Source: an uncultured Gammaproteobacteria bacterium (GTDB lineage: Bacteria > Patescibacteriota > Microgenomatia > UBA10105 > UBA927). Taken from it: DNA of 53,527 nt. The notes beneath the pieces are model-generated. The model searched no databases. It worked only from the letters and a program-made list of their open reading frames with translations, and had not been told where the DNA came from. The stretch spans positions 1-53,527 of the forward strand of contig CAZGOA010000007.1 in assembly GCA_964527425.1 (NCBI GenBank), given 5' to 3'. Every line of letters starts with the position of its first letter. Position 1 is the first letter of the stretch. Positions 38,693 through 46,378 of the stretch are shown piece after piece. The position numbers were made by a program, and so were the translations under genes.

Positions 38693-40909
38693 ATGAAAAA
38701 AATGTTTGCATTACTATTGGCTATCGTTTTAACAGTACATACTGCTACTCCAATTGTTTTTGCAATTAGTCCTCCAGCACCTCCAACAGCTCCTACCGCA
38801 CCAGCAGAGCCTACTCCACAAGCACCTGAACCAACACCTCCATCTCAACCTGATGCACCAACACCACCTAGTCAGCCAACACCATCGATAGGTGATCAAC
38901 AAAATGAGGAAGATGAAGATCAAAACGTAGATCAAAATGAAAACAATAATACTGAAGAACATGAAGATGAACAAGAACACAGTCAACCTGCAACAGCCGC
39001 TCAAGAACAACCAACACCTACACCAACCCCATCCACTGGAGGAGGAAATGTCGGTGATACTCGCATAATAACCGGAGATGCAAATAACACCGCTGCAGTA
39101 CTCACTGAAGCAAACACCAACGGGTCTGTTTCTACACCTGATGGAGGAAGTGGTGCAAGTATAGTAAATCAGGGAAATGGCAGTAATTCTGATAACACTT
39201 CATCTGCATCCATAATCGAAGATGACCAAACAATTCAAAACAATAATGCAGTTGTAAACAACGATCTTCAACTTGATTCTGATACAGGGAACAATGACAG
39301 CTCAAAAAATGTTGGAAATACTATTGTCAAAACTGGTGATGCAAATGTTTCAGGCACGGTCATCACAGCTGTAAATACAAACGTTGATGGCGTTATGGTA
39401 TCTGAGTTTAATATTGCAGATGATCATCAAGGAGATATAATTTTAGATTTTGGCAATAATTGTATCTCTGGTTGTGGTACTGGAAGCACACTTGCAAAAA
39501 ACACAGGTAATGGTTCTAATTCTGATAATGCTGCAACAGTTGATTCGACATCAAATACAGCTTCATTTCAAAACAATGATGCAACAGTTGGTAACAATCT
39601 GGTCCTTGACGCAAATTCTGGAAATAACCAGGCAAATGCTAATACAGGAGGAGACAGTGTTATTTATACCGGAGATGCCAATGTGTCTGCAAACGCCTTA
39701 ACGTTTGCCAATAACAATTTTTCTGGAAACGTGGTTTATGGAGTAGTAAATATCTACGGCGATTTAGTAGGGGATATTATTTTCCCTGAGGAACAAATGA
39801 CGAACTGCTGTGGAACAACTAATCAAACAGCACAAAATTCTGGAAATGGCAGTAACTCTACAAATAATGCCAATACGACAACAACGAATACTGACCTTGC
39901 ATTTCAAAATAATGACGCGGTCATTGATAACAATTTAATACTTGATGCAGAAACTGGAAATAATGATGTAAGTAGAAATACAAATGGTGATAACAGAGTC
40001 TATACAGGTGACTCCAATGTCACAGCAAATGTAGTAAATGTTGCAAACAATAACTTAAACGGTGGAAACATGTGGCTTGTGATTATTAACGAAGCAGGGA
40101 AATGGATCGGAAAAATAATGGGAGCTGACCCTGGTGCATCTATGGCTGCATCTGAAGGTACTATCTTAACAACGAATGAAAAAGGAGAGATAGTTGCATC
40201 CAATCAAGGAAATGGATCTGGTTCAAGCAACGATGCCAATACTAACTCAACAAATAATTCTACAACTGTTCAAAATAATGCTGCAAACATCCAAAATACT
40301 CTTGACTTATCAGCAAATACAGGTGGAAATCAAGCAAGCAACAATACTGGTGGAAACTCAAGTATTGTTACCGGCGATGCAAACATCATTGCCAACATGA
40401 TCAACTTTGTGAACAATAATATCGTTGGAGACAGCAAGTTATTCGTCACAGTAGTAAATGTCTTTGGCAGCTGGCTTGGTGACTTTGTAACACCAGGTCA
40501 AACCAAGGAACAAAACGTCATTGCTCAGTCAAATGATACTGAAGAGACAACGACGACAACTCAACAATATCAACAAACAGTTGTGACACCTACCCCAACT
40601 ACTACTCAAGAAGGTTCAACAGCAGTTACTGTTTCACCCTCTACACAAGTATCGTTAGTACAACGTAGAGCCGCAGTGTTAGGAACACAACAACGAGAAA
40701 TTGAGAACACAGGTAATAATTCTGCAGTCACCTTTGATGGAGAACAAATAGAGATTGCACCTGAGGCAACTATTACACCAGTCGTTGCCGGTAAAAAAGT
40801 CATAACCCTAAACTTAGCCTGGTTGATCATGCTAATCCCAGGTGTTATAATACTTGCTGTCGGAAGAAAAGTAGTACGCTTTACACTTCGACGCATGCCC
40901 CGCTCTTAA
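38693..40909 (+). CDS. Secreted repeat protein B: Pro-rich stalk, four full repeats plus one partial, C-terminal TM anchor
   Basis: Signal peptide, PTAPTAP region, GNGSNS.N/TGDAN repeats, TM followed by RKVVRFTLRR. Confidence 0.85.
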   Translation: MKKMFALLLAIVLTVHTATPIVFAISPPAPPTAPTAPAEPTPQAPEPTPPSQPDAPTPPSQPTPSIGDQQNEEDEDQNVDQNENNNTEEHEDEQEHSQPATAAQEQPTPTPTPSTGGGNVGDTRIITGDANNTAAVLTEANTNGSVSTPDGGSGASIVNQGNGSNSDNTSSASIIEDDQTIQNNNAVVNNDLQLDSDTGNNDSSKNVGNTIVKTGDANVSGTVITAVNTNVDGVMVSEFNIADDHQGDIILDFGNNCISGCGTGSTLAKNTGNGSNSDNAATVDSTSNTASFQNNDATVGNNLVLDANSGNNQANANTGGDSVIYTGDANVSANALTFANNNFSGNVVYGVVNIYGDLVGDIIFPEEQMTNCCGTTNQTAQNSGNGSNSTNNANTTTTNTDLAFQNNDAVIDNNLILDAETGNNDVSRNTNGDNRVYTGDSNVTANVVNVANNNLNGGNMWLVIINEAGKWIGKIMGADPGASMAASEGTILTTNEKGEIVASNQGNGSGSSNDANTNSTNNSTTVQNNAANIQNTLDLSANTGGNQASNNTGGNSSIVTGDANIIANMINFVNNNIVGDSKLFVTVVNVFGSWLGDFVTPGQTKEQNVIAQSNDTEETTTTTQQYQQTVVTPTPTTTQEGSTAVTVSPSTQVSLVQRRAAVLGTQQREIENTGNNSAVTFDGEQIEIAPEATITPVVAGKKVITLNLAWLIMLIPGVIILAVGRKVVRFTLRRMPRS

Positions 40910-40952
40910 AAAGTAAATACTGCCGATATACCCCTGCCTAAGAAAGAAGTAT

Positions 40953-41531
40953 ATGAAAAAAATTGCTGTACTTATTGTTGTGTGTTTACTTATTACTGGA
41001 ATTACCTATGCAGAAGGGTTAACAATTGAGGGAAATGGATCAGGATCCAACAACTCGATTAATGTAAATTCTTCATCTACTACTACTAATTCCCAATCAT
41101 CAACAACTACTATCAATAATACTGTTAATGCGAATGCTAATACTGGTGGAAATACAGCCAATGGAAATAACGGAAATACAACCATCGTAACAGGGGATGC
41201 AACGACGAATGTAAATGTTAATAACAATAGTGGATCTAACACGATTGATACAAATAAAGATCCAAAAGTGACACCTACAGGAGTACCACAACCAACACCT
41301 ACCCAAACTCCAGATAACGGAAAAGATAATGAACATAATGGTGGAGATAGCCCAATCAATACTGGCGGAAGCTCACCAAATAATACCAATGGATCCAGTT
41401 CTAACAATTCTAATGGTGAAATATTAGGACTAGCGGCAACGAGTAGTGATATGACATCTACTATATCTACTCTTGCTGGAGTATTATGCCTCGCTCTCGG
41501 AAGTCTTATTCTCAAATCAAAAACTCTATAA
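40953..41531 (+). CDS. Secreted repeat protein C: one repeat plus a sortase-type sorting signal
   Basis: Signal peptide, one repeat, PTP linker, GEILG-LAATS, TM, KSK tail. Confidence 0.8.
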   Translation: MKKIAVLIVVCLLITGITYAEGLTIEGNGSGSNNSINVNSSSTTTNSQSSTTTINNTVNANANTGGNTANGNNGNTTIVTGDATTNVNVNNNSGSNTIDTNKDPKVTPTGVPQPTPTQTPDNGKDNEHNGGDSPINTGGSSPNNTNGSSSNNSNGEILGLAATSSDMTSTISTLAGVLCLALGSLILKSKTL

Positions 41532-42154
41532 CTCCTAAAAAAAGGGTATTAAGAAGTAATCGTACACTGTCACGATTATCAATTTTTCGTCAATCTATTG
41601 GTATTTCTCGTTTGAGGATTTTTAAAAAAACCACCGGGATTATTATTCTATTGTTAGGAGTTTTTTTTCTTTTCTTACCTCAAATCATATCATTATTCCC
41701 TCAAGAAACAATCAGCACAGAACCAATTCTTGCAGATAGAGCATTTAGTCAGTCATCTGCAGAAGATCAGATCCCTACAAGAATAATTATTCCATCTGTA
41801 TCTATTGATTTACCAATAACTATTGCACCGTTAAAAAACGGATATTGGATACCATCTGAGACTACTGCGTCATTCGGAGAAGGATCATCACTACCAACAG
41901 GAAACAGTAATACAGTTATATTTGCTCATGCGAGAGAAGGTCTATTTTTACCCCTTCGAAACGTTAAGGAACAAGATACCGTATATGTTATGACAGCAAA
42001 TAGTTATGTTTCATACACAATAGAAACAATTACTGAAGTAAAACCAACTGATGTCTATACGGTAAAGCCTACTGATGATAAACGTTTGACTCTTTTTACG
42101 TGCTCCGGATTTTTAGATCAAAAGCGACTACTTGTTGTCGCAAAGCCTACTTAA
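41486..42154 (+). CDS. Sortase (class D/E/F-like); start uncertain
   Basis: N-terminal TM, NTVIFAHAR (His), LTLFTC (Cys), KRLLVVA (Arg). Confidence 0.92.
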   Translation: MPRSRKSYSQIKNSITPKKRVLRSNRTLSRLSIFRQSIGISRLRIFKKTTGIIILLLGVFFLFLPQIISLFPQETISTEPILADRAFSQSSAEDQIPTRIIIPSVSIDLPITIAPLKNGYWIPSETTASFGEGSSLPTGNSNTVIFAHAREGLFLPLRNVKEQDTVYVMTANSYVSYTIETITEVKPTDVYTVKPTDDKRLTLFTCSGFLDQKRLLVVAKPT

Positions 42155-42160
42155 CTACAC

Positions 42161-42195
42161 AAAAAAGCCCTGACATAGAGACAGGGCTTTTTTTT
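42161..42195. terminator. Bidirectional intrinsic terminator
   Basis: A6-GCCCTG-loop-CAGGGC-T8 between convergent genes. Confidence 0.85.
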
Positions 42196-42211
42196 CTGTA
42201 CGATTAACCAA

Positions 42212-42823
42212 TTAGAGAGATGGATTAAAATCGTTTGATCCACCTGCTACAACAACATCAACGGTTGCATGTCCAACTCCTGAATCAATACTGTTAGATG
42301 AGCTACCTGTTGTGTCTTTTACTTTGTTTTTACCAGTTTTTGCTTTGTTAGAAATACTGGTTAAACTTTCAGTTACTGAGCCTTGTAGTACTTTTAATTT
42401 ATTTTTTAAATTAAGAACTACACTTTGACTGGATTTTTTACCATTGTCTTTTACTGTAACTGAACTTGAATCATCACATCCACATGATGCGACTGATGCA
42501 TGATTATTGCCTCCTACAACAGAGACATTCACTTTTGCTTTTGCATCGCCAGATGTGATTGCATTGGTACTATCATCACCGGTTGTTCCGTTAATGGAAT
42601 TTCCGCCAGTGTTTGCAGAATTTGAAATTTCGTTAACAACAACTGTTGCTGATGTTTGTTCAACAACGGTCATATGCTTATCGGTAATTTCTACATTTGA
42701 TGTAGAGTTAGCACCATTTCCGTCTACTACAACTTCATTATCAGCATAAGCAACTGGTACAAATGAAACAGCAAAGAGTGATGCTGTCGCAATGGTTGTT
42801 CCTAGTGTCTGTTTTATATTCAT
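42212..42823 (-). CDS. Secreted repeat protein D: two repeats with a CGC linker
   Basis: Signal peptide (VAYA), GNGANSTSNV...NTGGN...TSGDA repeats, SD GGGAGGTGA. Confidence 0.85.
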   Translation of the reverse strand: MNIKQTLGTTIATASLFAVSFVPVAYADNEVVVDGNGANSTSNVEITDKHMTVVEQTSATVVVNEISNSANTGGNSINGTTGDDSTNAITSGDAKAKVNVSVVGGNNHASVASCGCDDSSSVTVKDNGKKSSQSVVLNLKNKLKVLQGSVTESLTSISNKAKTGKNKVKDTTGSSSNSIDSGVGHATVDVVVAGGSNDFNPSL

Positions 42824-42888
42824 GTTTATCACCTCCCTTCATACAATTTTTATCTATCGACCTTCTATTTCAATCGTAAACACACCAC

Positions 42889-42920
42889 AAAAAAACCTGG
42901 GCCGGTTAAGGCTCAGGTTT
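42889..42920 (-). terminator. Terminator-like hairpin in the leader of repeat protein D
   Basis: Minus strand: AAACCTGAGCC-ttaacc-GGCCCAGGTTT followed by a T-tract. Confidence 0.6.
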
Positions 42921-43118
42921 ACAATATATGGATGGTGGGCAGTTCCATACCATGAAAAAAGCAATTACTACAGAAACAAAACTTGATCCGTAATAATTGC
43001 TACACTTCTTAGCAATTACTTAAAGAAGTGTTTGTATCATAATGTACTCTTCTTTCATCAGTCAATTATGTAAATATGTATCAAACAGAATCAAACACAT
43101 CAGTGATACAATCTTCAT

Positions 43119-43634
43119 ATGATTCCACTTATATTCTTGTTTATTCAATTACTACTCGCAGTTTTGTTTCTTTTTTTAAGTATTGCTCTATTTACAGGCG
43201 CGCCTTACGTACCATCTAAAAAGAAGACCGCTGAACAGATGATTGATATTGCCGATATTAAGACTACTGATATTGTGTATGATCTGGGATCTGGAGACGG
43301 AAGATTATTGTTGTTAGCGGCAAAAAAAGTACCCAAAAAAATTATTGGTATAGAAATAAATCTGCTACTGGTGTTATTAACCCGTTTGCGATGTCTCCTG
43401 TCACCGTATCGATCAACCATATACTGTACATGGGGGAATTTTTGGAACGTTCACTTACATGATGCAGATGTTGTTTTTGTTTATTTATTACCGTGGAAAA
43501 TGGATGCGCTCAAGCGCAAACTGTTAAAGGAATTGAAACCCGGAACGAGGATTATTTCTAATAGTTTTATATTTCCTGATTTGAAAGTCGCAGCCACAGA
43601 CAATAAAAATGGCATATATCTCTATATTCGTTAA
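43119..43634 (+). CDS. Membrane-anchored class I SAM-dependent methyltransferase
   Basis: GAPYVPS, VYDLGSGDGR, GIEIN, DVVFVYL. Confidence 0.88.
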   Translation: MIPLIFLFIQLLLAVLFLFLSIALFTGAPYVPSKKKTAEQMIDIADIKTTDIVYDLGSGDGRLLLLAAKKVPKKIIGIEINLLLVLLTRLRCLLSPYRSTIYCTWGNFWNVHLHDADVVFVYLLPWKMDALKRKLLKELKPGTRIISNSFIFPDLKVAATDNKNGIYLYIR

Positions 43635-43963
43635 TGTTGTTCTTTTTTAATAAGATTCCAGTGATACCAATATAAAGGAATCCCAACCAGTAGCATAGAT
43701 AAAGCCCCTGCTACCTCATAGTGAAATTGTCTCTGCGATTCCTCTAGCTGATACCGAATTTGTTCTGCTTCAAATACTTGTTCATCCTGTCCTTTTAAGA
43801 CTGGTGGTCGGGGATACACAGATGCTTGTTTAAAAACAGTTCTGGTTAATACAATATTTATTCCTCTTATACATCCAGTAACCATAATGATTAAACCTAT
43901 ACACGCAAACAGGTAGAGATATATTAATCGAATCCAGTGAGTTGACGAAGTATTTTTTTTCAT
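43631..43963 (-). CDS. Two-TM protein, DUF5671-like
   Basis: RLIYLYLFACIGLI...LLVGIPLYWYHW. Confidence 0.7.
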   Translation of the reverse strand: MKKNTSSTHWIRLIYLYLFACIGLIIMVTGCIRGINIVLTRTVFKQASVYPRPPVLKGQDEQVFEAEQIRYQLEESQRQFHYEVAGALSMLLVGIPLYWYHWNLIKKEQH

Positions 43964-43982
43964 ACTAAAACTATATCGTATC

Positions 43983-44702
43983 TTAGAATCGAATGCGAGA
44001 AATTGTTATATCAATCCACACACGACCCATATCTTGTATTGCTTGAAGAAGTAGCGACCATTTAACACGAAGCGATTTTGTTTTGGGGGATGCAAAATGA
44101 GAGACTGGAATAGAATGTATGTTGTATCCTTTATGGGCTGCTCTAATAATACGTTCTGCTTCATCAAAAACACCTTTTGAATGTATAGGTATAGACTTGA
44201 TGATTTTCTTATGAAGATATTTAATGCTTCCGGCATCATAGGTGTTAACCCCAAATAACAGTTTGGTCAACAAATTATATGTTTCTGAAATGAATAACCT
44301 GATGGTTGAATATGCTTTGTTTGTCCGTTGTCCAATCACAATATCTGATTTAGTCTGGGAAGCTGCACGGAGTAGTTTGATAACATCTTCAGGATCCCAT
44401 TCACTATCTAAACTAAACAACACTATATGATCAAATAACGCTTCTTTATATAAGTGTCTATATGTTTTTGCAATGCCAAGATTTTTTTTATGACTAAGAA
44501 ATCGAATATGTCTGTTTTGCTTTTGTAGAATTTTTACTAAATCTTGACTGTTGTCAGTACTTCCGTCATCGATAAGCACTATTTCATATTGTTTTGTAAA
44601 ATCTTTAAGCAGTAAATCCAATCTAGAAATAACACCCTCAAGTGTGCGACGATTGTTATAGACAGGCGAAACAACAGAAACTGACCAATCAGAATACTTC
44701 AT
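43983..44702 (-). CDS. Family 2 glycosyltransferase (polyprenol-phosphate sugar synthase-like)
   Basis: SVVSPVYN, IDDGSTD, NLGIA, DSEWDP. Confidence 0.88.
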   Translation of the reverse strand: MKYSDWSVSVVSPVYNNRRTLEGVISRLDLLLKDFTKQYEIVLIDDGSTDNSQDLVKILQKQNRHIRFLSHKKNLGIAKTYRHLYKEALFDHIVLFSLDSEWDPEDVIKLLRAASQTKSDIVIGQRTNKAYSTIRLFISETYNLLTKLLFGVNTYDAGSIKYLHKKIIKSIPIHSKGVFDEAERIIRAAHKGYNIHSIPVSHFASPKTKSLRVKWSLLLQAIQDMGRVWIDITISRIRF

Positions 44703-44731
44703 GTGTTTTGATTATACTGACTTTATAAACT

Positions 44732-46249
44732 ATGTTACATTCACTAGAACACTTTGTATCTACTTTGGAAAAAAATACCATATTTCGTGTACTTTCACTA
44801 CTGTTAGTCAGCTTTATAGGGATATATCTTATCCGTTCTGTTGTTACGTCAGGATATTACTATATTTTTGATAATGATGAACTGTATCATACACAGGTAA
44901 CGTATTTATTATCTAATGGCTATAAACCATTTACGGATATCTACCTCACTGTTTACCCGCCACTGTATCACTGGTTTATACAACCATTGTTTACGATTGG
45001 TGGATTTTCATTTGATACGATGTATCTGGCGAGGATTCTGATGATTGGTTTATTTTTACTACGTGTAGTATTACTCGGAATATTTGCCTATTTATTGTTT
45101 GGAAAACGAGTGGGATTGCTTGCTCCTGTTCTTCTTTTACTTTCTCCATTTGCAGTTTTTGCTGAAATGCAAATGAGACCGGATAATCTCATGTTGACTG
45201 TTTTTCTTACTGGATTAGTCATATCAACGTATGCCTGGAAATCAGGTAAAACAATTGCACATATTTTGGGCAGTTTTTTTATTATGCTTTCTCTCCTCAT
45301 ACTCATGAAAATATTCCCTTCTGTTGTTATGTTTTTTTTCGTATCGTTTGTATGGTTACTGAAAGAGAGAAAGTGGAATCAGATTGCTGGAATAGGAACA
45401 GGTATTCTGACTGCCTGGCTACTGTATCTATTTCCATTTCTTATTACCAATACATTTACAGAAATGATACAACAAGTGTTCGTTGAATCATTTTCTTCAT
45501 ATAGTGGAGTGTTTGAGTATCCTGTTCCATTAGGATTCTTTTATAGACCCGGTAATCCTGCGTTATATGGATTACCCGGAAAACCATTCAATTGGATATT
45601 TAGCTGGATCGTATTAATCGCGTCAGGAGCTGGTGTTTTTCACTTGTTTGAACAATTTTTTGAGATAAAAACCAAGTGGAAAAAGCCGATTGTGTTAATA
45701 CTATTACTGAGCTTTCTTGGACAATTTGCTTTTTTATTTCTCGTTGAATCAGTGTTTATTCAGCATTATATTACGGTTAACTGGCTATTTGCTTTACTTA
45801 CGGCTGTCGTGTGTATCTATGTGTTTCGATATGCTCAAAAAATTCCACTTGGAACGGTTTCTTATGCGAGCTTTTTGATTGTTGGATTAGTCATTCTTAT
45901 CGTTCAAAGCAGCAAAGCAAATTATGCCCGTTCGACCATTCGATCTGATGAACTGGTATATCGCTTTAATGCTATATGGTCGCTTATTCCAGAAAACGAA
46001 TCTGTATTCCCAAATATGTTATTTAGACGGTTAGGATATCCTGTTCCCGCTGGTCACTTTATCGGAAATATGCCAGAGAGTATATTAAATCGACTGCCTT
46101 CTATACCTGTAAGCTTAGTTAGAAACAATACAAAATATGTGTATATTGATACCTATTATTTTGAAAGAATACCAAAAGATGCTCAGCAATATATACAATC
46201 AATGTACTCCGCATCTCAACAAGATCCACAACTTTACATCAGAAAATAA
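44732..46249 (+). CDS. Multi-TM GT-C fold glycosyltransferase (ArnT/PMT-like)
   Basis: DNDELYH acidic loop after TM1, YPPL, RPD, about 12 TMs. Confidence 0.7.
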   Translation: MLHSLEHFVSTLEKNTIFRVLSLLLVSFIGIYLIRSVVTSGYYYIFDNDELYHTQVTYLLSNGYKPFTDIYLTVYPPLYHWFIQPLFTIGGFSFDTMYLARILMIGLFLLRVVLLGIFAYLLFGKRVGLLAPVLLLLSPFAVFAEMQMRPDNLMLTVFLTGLVISTYAWKSGKTIAHILGSFFIMLSLLILMKIFPSVVMFFFVSFVWLLKERKWNQIAGIGTGILTAWLLYLFPFLITNTFTEMIQQVFVESFSSYSGVFEYPVPLGFFYRPGNPALYGLPGKPFNWIFSWIVLIASGAGVFHLFEQFFEIKTKWKKPIVLILLLSFLGQFAFLFLVESVFIQHYITVNWLFALLTAVVCIYVFRYAQKIPLGTVSYASFLIVGLVILIVQSSKANYARSTIRSDELVYRFNAIWSLIPENESVFPNMLFRRLGYPVPAGHFIGNMPESILNRLPSIPVSLVRNNTKYVYIDTYYFERIPKDAQQYIQSMYSASQQDPQLYIRK

Positions 46250-46255
46250 TCCTAC

Positions 46256-46361
46256 TTGACCAGTTTGATAGATCATTCTAGACTAGTTCTTTAGAATATA
46301 TGAAATGGGGAATTAAAAAAACTATATAACGTAAAAACAAAGAGCCGCCGGCTCTTTTTTT
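46256..46361 (+). promoter_or_regulatory. Promoter, 9-codon uORF and terminator ahead of the argG operon
   Basis: TTGACC-N17-TAGACT; ATG AAA TGG GGA ATT AAA AAA ACT ATA TAA (46300-46329); AAAGAGCC-gcc-GGCTCTTT plus T-tract. Confidence 0.55.
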
Positions 46362-46378
46362 GTATTTAAAGGAGATAT

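Noticed and set aside
41006-41515. 169-aa antisense ORF over repeat protein C
   Set aside because: Shadow frame caused by low-complexity codon usage; the same applies to 40606-40896 and 42507-42749.
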